NCBI GenBank assembly: GCA_963769025.1
Contig: CAVYKI010000012.1
Coordinates: 224,001 to 288,000, forward strand
Direction: 5' to 3'
Source: an uncultured Verrucomicrobiae bacterium
Lineage (GTDB): Bacteria; Verrucomicrobiota; Verrucomicrobiia; Chthoniobacterales; Chthoniobacteraceae
Length of the DNA: 64,000 bases
Below are positions 44,276-53,458 of the stretch, piece after piece; the stretch's first letter is position 1, and the number at the start of each line of letters is the position of its first letter. The notes under the pieces are model-generated. The model had not been told where the DNA came from. It searched no databases and saw only the letters and a program-made list of their open reading frames with translations. The translations under genes were made by a program, and so were the position numbers.

Positions 44276-46036
44276 ATGACCCCTGCCGCTCCTGCTCAAA
44301 ATCCCGCCTCCACCGGCACGCGCGCGACCTTCACCGCAGCCGACGGCGAGACGCTGCAATACAAACTCTGGGCACCGCCGGGAAAATTCTCCCGCGCCCT
44401 CGTGCTCCTGCATCGCGGCCACGAACACGCCGACCGATGGGACACCGTGGTGCCGCACCTCACGCTGCCGGACACCGCAATCTTCGCATGGGAAGCACGC
44501 GGCCACGGCCAATCGCCCGGACGCCGCGGCCACGCCCCGGGGTTCATGGCCTACGTGCGCGACCTGGAAACTTTCGCGGATCACATCACCACGACCCACG
44601 GCGTGCCGCGGGAAAAAATGTCCGTCGTCGCGCACAGCGTCGGTGCGGTGGTCGCGGCAGTGTGGGCGCACGACTACGCGCCGGCGCTCGCGGCGCTCGT
44701 GCTTGCGACGCCCGCCTTCGAGGTAAAGCTCTACGTCCCCGGCGCACTCGCCGCCACACGGCTTCTTCTCAAGGTGAAGCCGGATGCCACCATCAAGAGC
44801 TACGTGAACGGAACCTGGCTCACGCGCGACGGCGCGGAACAGCGCGCCTACGACGCGGACAAATCCATTTCCAAGGACATCTCCGCGCGCATCCTCGTCG
44901 AGCTTTTCGACTCCGCCCAGCGCGTGATCGCCGACGCCGCAGTGATGACGCAGCCGCTGCTCCTCTTCTCCGCTGGAGACGACAGCGTGGTGAAGAACAC
45001 CGCGCACGAGAATTTTTTCCTCCGCAGCGGCGCGACGGTGAAGGAGCACATCGCGCTTCCATACGCGCGCCACGCGGTCTTCCACGATCTCTGCCGTGAG
45101 GAGGTGTGCGCCAGCATCCGCAAGTTCATCCAGGCGCAGCCCGACGGCAAACCCGCCTCGTCGCACGGCGACGAGCGCGGCCCGACGAAATACGAATACG
45201 ACACGCTGCGCCAGCCGCTCCCCGCGCTCTCGCTGAAAGGCCTGTTCTTTGCCGTGCAGCGCCTCTCCATGCAGACGATGGGGCAGCTCAGCGAAGGCAT
45301 CAGCATCGGCCTGCGCACCGGATTCGATTCCGGCGAATCGCTCGACTACGTCTATCGCAACGAACCGCGCGGATTCCCCGTGATCGGGCCGCTGATTGAT
45401 CGCGGCTACCTCAACGCCATCGGCTGGCGCGGCATCCGCCAGCGCCGCGAACTCCTGCGCGCCGCGCTCCAGCTTGCCGCTGCGTCCGTGCGCAAGGACG
45501 GACTCCCGCTGCAAGTCGCCGACATCGCCGGCGGCGCGGGACGCTACCTTCTCGATCTGCTCGGCTCACCCGAGGGCGAAGGTTTTTCCGCATTGTGCCG
45601 CGACCGCAGCGAGACCGCGCTCGCATGCGGCCGTGCATCCGCCGATGCGCTCGGCCTCGATGCGCGCATCACGCATGAAAAAGGCGACGCCTTCGATCCC
45701 GCATCCATCGCCACCATTGCGCCGCAGCCCGGCATCGCCGTCGTCTCGGGACTCTACGAACTTTTCCCCGCCAACGATCCGCTCCGCCGCTCGCTCGGCG
45801 CACTGCACGCGCTGCTGCCGCAGAAGGGCTGGCTGCTCTACACCTGCCAGCCGTGGCATCCGCAGGTCGAAATGATCGCGCGCGTGCTCACGAATCGCGA
45901 CGGCCAGCCGTGGATCATGCGCCGCCGCGCGCAGGGCGAAATGGATGCACTCGTGCGCGAAGCCGGCTTCACGAAGGCCGCGCAGTGGACGGACGACTTC
46001 GGCATCTTCACCGTCGCCGCCGCGCGCAAGCTGTGA
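44276..46036 (+). CDS. Bifunctional alpha/beta hydrolase - SAM methyltransferase (YnbC-like)
   Basis: HRGHEH, AHSVG nucleophile elbow, GFDSG.SLDYVY, DIAGGAGRY, VSGLYELF, QPWHPQ. Confidence 0.92.
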   Translation: MTPAAPAQNPASTGTRATFTAADGETLQYKLWAPPGKFSRALVLLHRGHEHADRWDTVVPHLTLPDTAIFAWEARGHGQSPGRRGHAPGFMAYVRDLETFADHITTTHGVPREKMSVVAHSVGAVVAAVWAHDYAPALAALVLATPAFEVKLYVPGALAATRLLLKVKPDATIKSYVNGTWLTRDGAEQRAYDADKSISKDISARILVELFDSAQRVIADAAVMTQPLLLFSAGDDSVVKNTAHENFFLRSGATVKEHIALPYARHAVFHDLCREEVCASIRKFIQAQPDGKPASSHGDERGPTKYEYDTLRQPLPALSLKGLFFAVQRLSMQTMGQLSEGISIGLRTGFDSGESLDYVYRNEPRGFPVIGPLIDRGYLNAIGWRGIRQRRELLRAALQLAAASVRKDGLPLQVADIAGGAGRYLLDLLGSPEGEGFSALCRDRSETALACGRASADALGLDARITHEKGDAFDPASIATIAPQPGIAVVSGLYELFPANDPLRRSLGALHALLPQKGWLLYTCQPWHPQVEMIARVLTNRDGQPWIMRRRAQGEMDALVREAGFTKAAQWTDDFGIFTVAAARKL

Positions 46037-46885
46037 GCGCCACGCGCGAAGCTGCCCTCACCGATCGCGGATTGCGCTGGCGCGGCCTCGCGTGGCTCGC
46101 GCTCTGCGGCCCGTGGTTCTTCATCGCCTACGGCTTTTGCAATTGGTTCACCGCGCAGCGCGCGCATGTCGGCACATGGTACTGGGAGTGGGAAAAGCAC
46201 GTCCCGTTCGTGCCCGAACTCATCGTGCCGTACTGGTCGCTCGACCTGCTTTTCATCGGCGCATTCGCTGCTCGCGCTGCCCGGCGGTGGATGGCTGTGG
46301 TTAGGCTGGCCCGCAATCGCGCTCGCACTCACGGCACTTGCGTACGCCACCGCAAATCCGCGTTGGCTGCAAAAATGTTCCGGCGCCCCGACACCCGCCG
46401 CCGAGTGGATCCTGCTGCCTGTCATCCTCATCTCACGCCTGTGGCAGATGCGCTGGCTGCGCCGCCAGCCCGCATGGCATGAATTCGCACCCGGCGTCTT
46501 TTTCGGCCGTCTGCTCAGCGACTCCGAAGCGCACGCTTTCCTCTCCACCCATCCGCACCTCGCCGTGATCGATCTCACCTCGGAGAGCAAGGAAGCCACA
46601 CCCTTCCGCGAGCACGCGCGCTACTTCCAAATCCCTGTCCTCGATCTCACAGAACCGGACGCGGAGACATGCCGGCAGGCGTGCGACATCATCCGTGAGC
46701 ACGCGCCGCGCGGCCCCGTCTTCATCCATTGCCTCCTCGGCCTCGGACGCAGCGCGCACATCGCCGCCGCATGGCTCCTCGCCAGCGGGCGTTGCGCCGA
46801 CGCGGAAGCCGCAGCAAAAGCCATCCGCGCGCTCGAACCACTCGCCGCGCTGGATGCCGACGCGCTGCGACGGCTCGGCGAATAA
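46033..46885 (+). pseudogene. YnbD-like PAP2 / dual-specificity phosphatase with internal deletion and frameshift near 46267
   Basis: N-terminus WE..VPF....IVPYWSLDL joins out of frame to the C-terminal half carrying HCLLGLGRS; the PAP2 catalytic segment is absent. Confidence 0.7.
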
Positions 46886-46956
46886 AAAACAGCCGCCAGA
46901 ATCTGCGCGGGAAAAAACTTCTCGCCACGCACGGAGACGAATGAATCCCATGCGGC

Positions 46957-48345
46957 GTGCTCCCCGTCTCCCCCGCCATCATTCCCCCGCTCGATTCCGG
47001 CTTCGTCCCGGCCGTGCTCTGGAACCGCGAATTCCGCCGCCTGTGCGCCGCCGCATCCGAGCCGCTCGCACTCGCACTGGAACGACCGGATGGCACGGTG
47101 TCGCGCTTCGACACGCGCATCCTCCCGCACACCGGCGCGAACTGCGCGCTGAATTTCCGTTACGTCGAGCGTCTGGTGAAAATGCTGCTCTGGTCGCGCG
47201 GCGGATTCCGGCTGTTCGTCGGCGGAAATGCCGCCGTCGCGGACATGCTGCGCGCGACGTATTCGCCGGATGGCGAAAGGCACTTCGACTGCGATTTCGT
47301 CGGCACGAAAGTTTACGGGCGGCCTTTTGAGATCGTCACTTCGGAACTCGCGGAAGTGCCCGCGGAAAGGGCGGGCGCAATCCCGCTCGGGCGGCATCTC
47401 GACGGCTGCCGGATCGGCTTCGATCTCGGCGGCTCGGATCGGAAGTGCGCCGCAGTGATCGATGGCAAGGTCGTCTTTTCCGAGGAGATCGCGTGGGACC
47501 CATATTTCCAGAGCGACCCGCAGTATCACTACGATGGACTGAACGACACGCTGAAGCGCGCAGCCGCGCATCTGCCCCGCGTGGACGCCATCGGCGGCAG
47601 CGCGGCGGGCCTGTATGTCGCAAACGAAGTGCGCGCGGGTTCGCTTTTCCGCGGCGTGCCGCAGGAAGCTTTCGAGAAACGGATCCGGCGGATTTTTTTC
47701 GATCTCCAGCGGGAGTGGGGCGGCGTGCCGTTCGAGGTCGCGAACGACGGCGAAGTCACGGCGCTCGCAGCATCCATGAGCTTCGGAGAAAATCGCGTGC
47801 TCGGCGTGAGCATGGGCACGAGCGTCGCCGCCGGATACGTGACTGCGGACGGCGGCATGACGCCGTGGATGAACGAACTCGCATTCGCGCCCGTGGACTA
47901 CCGCGAGGATGCGCCGCTGGACGAATGGAGCGGCGACCGCGGCTGTGCAGTGCAGTACTTCTGCCAGCAGGGCGTCGCGCGGCTCGCACCGCTTGCCGGG
48001 CTCACGTTTCCGGCGGAGATGAAATTTGCGGAGCAGCTCGTCGAGGTGCAGCACTTGATGCGCGCAGGCGACGAACGCGCGCGGCGGATCTACGAGACCA
48101 TCGGCATTTGCTTCGGCTACGCCATCGCGCACTATGCGGAGTTTTACGACATCGGCACGCTGCTGATCCTCGGCCGCGTGACGAGCGGCGAAGGCGGCGA
48201 CCTGCTGCTCGCCAAAGCGGGCGAAGTGCTGCGCGTGGAATTCCCGGAACTCGCGGAGCGCATCAAGCTCCGCACGCCCGATGAAAAGGACAAGCGCCAC
48301 GGCCAGGCGGTCGCCGCGGCAAGCTTGCCCGCGCTGCGCAAATAG
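46957..48345 (+). CDS. ROK family sugar kinase-like protein with N-terminal extension
   Basis: IGFDLGGSDRK, IGGSAAG, VANDG, MGTS.AAG, NELAF, ILGRV. Confidence 0.85.
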   Translation: MLPVSPAIIPPLDSGFVPAVLWNREFRRLCAAASEPLALALERPDGTVSRFDTRILPHTGANCALNFRYVERLVKMLLWSRGGFRLFVGGNAAVADMLRATYSPDGERHFDCDFVGTKVYGRPFEIVTSELAEVPAERAGAIPLGRHLDGCRIGFDLGGSDRKCAAVIDGKVVFSEEIAWDPYFQSDPQYHYDGLNDTLKRAAAHLPRVDAIGGSAAGLYVANEVRAGSLFRGVPQEAFEKRIRRIFFDLQREWGGVPFEVANDGEVTALAASMSFGENRVLGVSMGTSVAAGYVTADGGMTPWMNELAFAPVDYREDAPLDEWSGDRGCAVQYFCQQGVARLAPLAGLTFPAEMKFAEQLVEVQHLMRAGDERARRIYETIGICFGYAIAHYAEFYDIGTLLILGRVTSGEGGDLLLAKAGEVLRVEFPELAERIKLRTPDEKDKRHGQAVAAASLPALRK

Positions 48346-48363
48346 CGGACGAACACGGTCCCC

Positions 48364-49218
48364 ATGAAGCTCCACCTCCCCACCGCGGACATCTTCATCC
48401 CCGACGGCCGACCCACTGCCGATGCACTCGCGCGCATCACGCATCTCGGGATCGGCGCACATCAGGATGACCTCGAATTCATGGCGTTCCACGGAATCCT
48501 GCAGTGCTTCCACGGCGACACGGAATGGTTCGGCGGCGTGACGTGCACGGATGGAAGCGGCAGCGCGCGCACCGGGCGGTATGCGGACTACACCGACCAG
48601 CAGATGATGGCGGTTCGCAAGGAGGAGCAGCGCCAGGCGGCGATCGTCGGACGCTTCGGCGCGATGGTACAGCTCGACTACCCGAGCGGCATCGCAAAGG
48701 ACGCGTCGGACTCCCGGCTGCGCGAAGACCTGCGCACGATCCTCGCGGCCACGAAGCCGCGCGTCGTGTATACGCACAACCCTGCGGACAAGCACGAGAC
48801 GCACATCGCCGTCGTCGTGCCGGTGATCCACGCGATCCGCGATCTGCCGCGCGACCAGCGCCCGCAGGCCGTGCATGGCTGCGAGGTGTGGCGCGATCTC
48901 GACTGGCTGGGCGACGCTGAGAAAGTCGTCCACGACGTGAGCGGGAACGACAGCCTCGCAGCCGCGCTCAACGGAATTTTCGACAGCCAGATCGCCGGCG
49001 GCAAACGCTACGACCTCGCGGTGATGGGCCGCCGCCGAGCGAACGCCACATTTTTCCAAAGCCACGGCGTGGACCGCAGCGACGGGCTCGCCTTCGCGAT
49101 GGACCTCACGCCACTCGCGCATGACGACTCGCTGGACATCGTGGATTACGTGACCGGGGCGATTGACCGGTTCCGCGCGGATGTCTCCGCAAAACTCCGC
49201 AAACGAATCGGCAAGTAA
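48364..49218 (+). CDS. PIG-L/LmbE family N-deacetylase
   Basis: GAHQDDLE, TDG, R.EEQ..AA, THNPADKHETH. Confidence 0.87.
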   Translation: MKLHLPTADIFIPDGRPTADALARITHLGIGAHQDDLEFMAFHGILQCFHGDTEWFGGVTCTDGSGSARTGRYADYTDQQMMAVRKEEQRQAAIVGRFGAMVQLDYPSGIAKDASDSRLREDLRTILAATKPRVVYTHNPADKHETHIAVVVPVIHAIRDLPRDQRPQAVHGCEVWRDLDWLGDAEKVVHDVSGNDSLAAALNGIFDSQIAGGKRYDLAVMGRRRANATFFQSHGVDRSDGLAFAMDLTPLAHDDSLDIVDYVTGAIDRFRADVSAKLRKRIGK

Positions 49219-49254
49219 CCTCACACCACGGAACGCCGACCATCGCACTCGCAC

Positions 49255-50046
49255 ATGGAAATCATCATCCAACCCACTCCCGAAGCCGCCAGCATCATCG
49301 CGGCGCGCATCATCGCGAAGCTAGTCCGGACAAAGCCGGATTGCGTGCTCGGACTCGCGACGGGCAGCACGCCGCTCGCCACCTACCGCGAACTGGCACG
49401 GATGCATCGCGAGGACGGGCTCGACTTCTCGAAAGTGACCACCTTCAACCTCGACGAATACGTCGGACTGCCGCCGGACCACTCGCACAGCTATCACGCG
49501 TTCATGGATGAGCATTTTTTCCGGCACGTGAATGTGCCGCGTGCAAACATCCACATCCCGGACGGCATGGCGCGCGACGTGCCCGAGGAGTGCGCAAGCT
49601 ACGAGGCGGCGATCGTCGCGGCTGGCGGGATCGATCTGCAATTGCTCGGCATCGGCACGGACGGACACATCGGCTTCAATGAGCCGTCGTCATCGCTCGC
49701 ATCGCGCACACGCATCAAGACGCTCACTGAGCGGACGCGCGCGGACAATGCGCGGTTCTTTGACGGGGATCTCGCACGGGTGCCGTTTCACTGCATCACG
49801 ATGGGCGTCGGGACGATCATGGCTTCCCGCGAAGTGCTCATGCTGGCGTTCGGCGCAAACAAGGCCGCGGCGGTGGCTGCAGCCGTGGAGGGATCCATCA
49901 CCGCCATGAACCCGGCGAGCGTGCTGCAGATGCATCCGGTCGCGAAGTGCATCGTGGACGAGCCCGCTGCGGAAAAGCTCGCACGACGCGATTACTACCG
50001 CTGGGTTTTCAGCCACAAGCCCGAGTGGCAGCGAATCAGCGGTTAG
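49255..50046 (+). CDS. nagB: Glucosamine-6-phosphate deaminase
   Basis: LGLATGSTP, FNLDEYVGL, LGIGTDGHIGFNEP, TMGVGTI. Confidence 0.96.
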   Translation: MEIIIQPTPEAASIIAARIIAKLVRTKPDCVLGLATGSTPLATYRELARMHREDGLDFSKVTTFNLDEYVGLPPDHSHSYHAFMDEHFFRHVNVPRANIHIPDGMARDVPEECASYEAAIVAAGGIDLQLLGIGTDGHIGFNEPSSSLASRTRIKTLTERTRADNARFFDGDLARVPFHCITMGVGTIMASREVLMLAFGANKAAAVAAAVEGSITAMNPASVLQMHPVAKCIVDEPAAEKLARRDYYRWVFSHKPEWQRISG

Positions 50047-51820
50047 GCGGCGCGGCAGGCGGATTGGGCGGGGCTGGCGACGGTGGCGCGACCTCGTTGG
50101 GGAATGGGATCGACTTCGCTTTCCCTATGAGGCGGTAACCTTCCGACACGCGCACTTCGATTGAGTGCGTCCGCCCATCGCGGAGCCATTCGGGCAGTTC
50201 GGCGCGGAAGGCAATCGCCCCGTCCCCGTAGCCACGATCGCGGAGGTCGGCGCGTGGAAGTATGCACTGGGCGCGCGCGACCCACGCACCGTCGGCGTAC
50301 ACATCCACGATCGCCGGCACGCCGGCCTTGTCCTTTTGCCACACATAGCCGGAGATGCTGCGGTGGTCCGCTTCCTCGATCATCGCGTCGTACGCCGGCG
50401 GCGGCGGGGGCGTGAGACGCCCGCTGAAGAGCAGCATGCCGAGCGCGATGGCGTGGAAGGTGATGCCGATGTTCAGCGCGCGCCACCAAGGGCCGTCGCC
50501 CCACACCTTCGCCTGCTTGTTCCAGCGCGCGAAAATGTCGTAAGCGCACAGGAGCACGGCGTGGTAGATGCCGTAAACGATGTAGTAGAGGGTGAGGCCG
50601 TGCCAGACACCCATGAGGCCGAAGGTGAGGAAAAGGCCGAGGTAGCTAGCCGTGTATTTTCCCTTGAACCACTTGCCCTTCATCGCGGCGAGCTGGAACC
50701 GCATGTGGATGTGATCGCGGAACCAGAACGAGAGGCTGATGTGCCAGCGCGTCCAGAAATCGCGGATGTTCCGCGCGAGGAACGGGAGGGAGAAATTTTC
50801 CGGCGACTTGATTCCCATCAGCCGCGAGATGCCGACAGCGAAGGCGCTGTAACCCGCGAAATCGAAGAACAGGTAGAAGGTATAGACATACATGTAGCCC
50901 GCATAGCCCCAGAAGCCGGCGACTTTCAGCAACGGCACGCGCAGGTGGGCGTCGATTTCCGCCGCGATGATGAACTTGTAGAGGAACCCGCGCATCACGC
51001 GCTGGATCGCGAAGTCCAGGTCGTCGAGGAACTCAGCGCGCGTCCGGGTCTTCACCCAATCCTGGCCGAAGCGGCGGTACCGATCGATCGGGCCGGACGA
51101 AACGGTCGGAAGAAAAAACAGGAAGGCGAAGAGCTGCCCGGCAGAGAGCGATTTTACGACGCCGTCGCGGATGGAAAATATCACATCCAACGCGCGGAAG
51201 GTGACGTAGCTGATGCCGATGTAGCCAAAGACGTTCTCATGCGAGACGAAAGGAAGGAGCCTGTTCACCGTGAGCGGCAGCAGTGTGAGCAGGAGGGCCA
51301 CGACGAATGTCCGATTGGATTTCCAGCGGAGAAACAGGAACGGCACGCAGACCTGCCACGCCGCGCAGAGCAGAAAAAGATAGAGCGGCGAAAACTCGGT
51401 ACCGGTCGCCGTGGCATTCCACGGGCGGATCAGCGTCGCATCGCCAACCGCCGGCAGGTGCATACCCCCGAGGCGGAGAACGATGTTGTCGTGCTGCGCG
51501 AAGATGAGCGCGAGCATCGGAAGAGCGATGATGAAGCACCACCGGGCGCTCGAGTTTGCGAATGTGGCCACCAGGAGCAAAAAGAGCGGGAACGGCCAGG
51601 TCGCCCTCAACTCGTGCAAAAACTGAGTGAACGGTCCCAAGTCATTGATCGGGAACATCACCGCACTTGCCACGTTGATGACAAACGGAACACCGAGGAC
51701 GGCACATGCCATTATGGCGATGCGCCACAGGCGGGTCGGCGCGATGCCGATCACGACGATCGGCAGGACCACGTAGAGCAGCAGCAGGCCGAAGAACGTC
51801 CAGTTGGCAAATGGCGTCAT
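50036..51820 (-). CDS. dltB: DltB-type MBOAT acyltransferase with N-terminal insertion and extra C-terminal domain
   Basis: GISYVTFR, PTVSSGPIDRYRRF, YLFFDFAGYS, FWTRWHISLSFWFRD, MGVWHG catalytic His; operon context. Confidence 0.9.
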   Translation of the reverse strand: MTPFANWTFFGLLLLYVVLPIVVIGIAPTRLWRIAIMACAVLGVPFVINVASAVMFPINDLGPFTQFLHELRATWPFPLFLLLVATFANSSARWCFIIALPMLALIFAQHDNIVLRLGGMHLPAVGDATLIRPWNATATGTEFSPLYLFLLCAAWQVCVPFLFLRWKSNRTFVVALLLTLLPLTVNRLLPFVSHENVFGYIGISYVTFRALDVIFSIRDGVVKSLSAGQLFAFLFFLPTVSSGPIDRYRRFGQDWVKTRTRAEFLDDLDFAIQRVMRGFLYKFIIAAEIDAHLRVPLLKVAGFWGYAGYMYVYTFYLFFDFAGYSAFAVGISRLMGIKSPENFSLPFLARNIRDFWTRWHISLSFWFRDHIHMRFQLAAMKGKWFKGKYTASYLGLFLTFGLMGVWHGLTLYYIVYGIYHAVLLCAYDIFARWNKQAKVWGDGPWWRALNIGITFHAIALGMLLFSGRLTPPPPPAYDAMIEEADHRSISGYVWQKDKAGVPAIVDVYADGAWVARAQCILPRADLRDRGYGDGAIAFRAELPEWLRDGRTHSIEVRVSEGYRLIGKAKSIPFPNEVAPPSPAPPNPPAAPPNR

Positions 51821-51839
51821 CGGAAATTCACCACCACGG

Positions 51840-53303
51840 CTACAGCATCTCCGCCAACTTCTTCCGGTCGGCCTTCCCGTTGTTGTTCATCGGGAAGCTG
51901 TCGAGGAAATGGAATTTCCGCGGCACCATGTAAGCCGGCAGCCGTTCCCCGAGCTGCGTCTTCAATTTTGCCGCCTGCTCGAAATCCGTACCCTGCTTCG
52001 CCCCGCTGAGGACGATGAACGCGGCAAGCGAATCAATCTTCCCGCCTTTCTGAACAGGGAGAACGACCGCGTCCGCGATGTCCGGCAGCGCGCGAAGGTT
52101 GGCCTCGAGATCACCAAGCTCGATGCGATGCCCGAAGAGCTTGATCTGGCTGTCCATGCGGCCTTCGCAAAATAGCATGCCGTCGCGGTCGCGGCCCCAG
52201 TCGCCGGTGCGATAGGCGCGCGTGTCGTCGATTGGGTAGAATGCCTTTGCCGTGAGGTCGTCCCGCTTGAGGTAGCCGGGGCTGACATTCGGGCCCGCGA
52301 TTACAATTTCGCCGCGCTCGCCGGGAGGCACGGCCTTGCCATCCTCGCCGCGGATGATGACGCGTGTGCCCGGCATGACGTAACCGATGGGCAACGGGTT
52401 CCATTGCGCGATGGTCTCGCGCGTGATGCCCACCTTCGTCATCGCGACGGTCGCCTCGGTCGGGCCGTAGGTGTTCCAGACCGGAACGCCCGGGAACCGT
52501 TCAAGCAGTTGCGACGCGGTCTCCGGTGCGAGCGTCTCGCCGCAAAAGTGGAACGCGCGCAGGTGCGGCATCATCGTCGAGTTGAAGCCCTTTTCGATCA
52601 TGCACATCTGCGCAAACGAGGGGGTGGTCATCCACTGCGTCGCTCCGCTGTTCCGCAGTGCCTCGAAAAGCGCGCGCAGGTTCGAGACGTGATCCTTGGT
52701 GAGGCTGAAGATCGTGTTGCCCGAGCTGAGCGCCAGGTAGATGTCGTGGACGGAGAGATCGAACGTGAACGGCGCGTGGTTCAGGAAAATCTCGCCACAT
52801 TCGCGGAAACCGCCGTCGCCGTGCATCCACGAGAGATAGTGGTTCAGGTTGCCGCGCGTGATCACCACGCCCTTCGGCTCGCCGGTGCTGCCGCTCGTGA
52901 AGAGGATGTAGAAAGGGTCGGTGTTTTCGAGGGGCTTGCGCCGGTAGTCCACCGCGCCCGCCGCCGAAATGATTTCGGCGACCTTCGCAGGCGTGAGGAC
53001 GACCTCGGCGCCGGCGATTTCGACCACGCGCTCCATGCGTTGCGCAGGAGTGGAATAATCGATCGGAACGTACGGCCGCCCGGATCTCACCGCGGCGAAG
53101 AAGCTCATGAGCATCTCCGGCTCCTTGTGCCCGTGCACTGCCACGGGGCTGCGCTTGTCGCCGAGCTGCGCGTCGAGCCATGCCGCGACCGCATTGCTTC
53201 CGGCGAGCAGTTCACCAAAGGTCATCCGCCGATCGTTGCTGACGTGTGCGAGACGATCGGGGGCCGTGCGCCCGTATTGTTCGATTTTGTCGAGAAGGTG
53301 CAT
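51840..53303 (-). CDS. dltA: D-alanine--D-alanyl carrier protein ligase
   Basis: YILFTSGSTGEPKGV, APFTFDLSV, FCGE, NTYGPTEAT, YRTGD, NGKADRK. Confidence 0.93.
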   Translation of the reverse strand: MHLLDKIEQYGRTAPDRLAHVSNDRRMTFGELLAGSNAVAAWLDAQLGDKRSPVAVHGHKEPEMLMSFFAAVRSGRPYVPIDYSTPAQRMERVVEIAGAEVVLTPAKVAEIISAAGAVDYRRKPLENTDPFYILFTSGSTGEPKGVVITRGNLNHYLSWMHGDGGFRECGEIFLNHAPFTFDLSVHDIYLALSSGNTIFSLTKDHVSNLRALFEALRNSGATQWMTTPSFAQMCMIEKGFNSTMMPHLRAFHFCGETLAPETASQLLERFPGVPVWNTYGPTEATVAMTKVGITRETIAQWNPLPIGYVMPGTRVIIRGEDGKAVPPGERGEIVIAGPNVSPGYLKRDDLTAKAFYPIDDTRAYRTGDWGRDRDGMLFCEGRMDSQIKLFGHRIELGDLEANLRALPDIADAVVLPVQKGGKIDSLAAFIVLSGAKQGTDFEQAAKLKTQLGERLPAYMVPRKFHFLDSFPMNNNGKADRKKLAEML

Positions 53304-53305
53304 GG

Positions 53306-53458
53306 CTAGAACTCCGCGTAAACAAACTCGGGTGTTTCGAAATTTCCGCGTCCATACATCGCCACCAGCACGGCGATGATCGCGAGGTAGTAGAGGGCCA
53401 ACAACGCAGGCCGTGCGCGGGGATGGGCCTCGAGCCAATGCTTTGCGGTCGAGATCAC
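53306..53458 (-). CDS. dltX: DltX-like single-TM peptide (50 aa)
   Basis: GTG start overlaps the dltC stop; LYYLAIIAVLVAMYG TM; C-terminal FVYAEF matches the DltX F-(I/V)-Y-x-x-F motif. Confidence 0.85.
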   Translation of the reverse strand: MISTAKHWLEAHPRARPALLALYYLAIIAVLVAMYGRGNFETPEFVYAEF

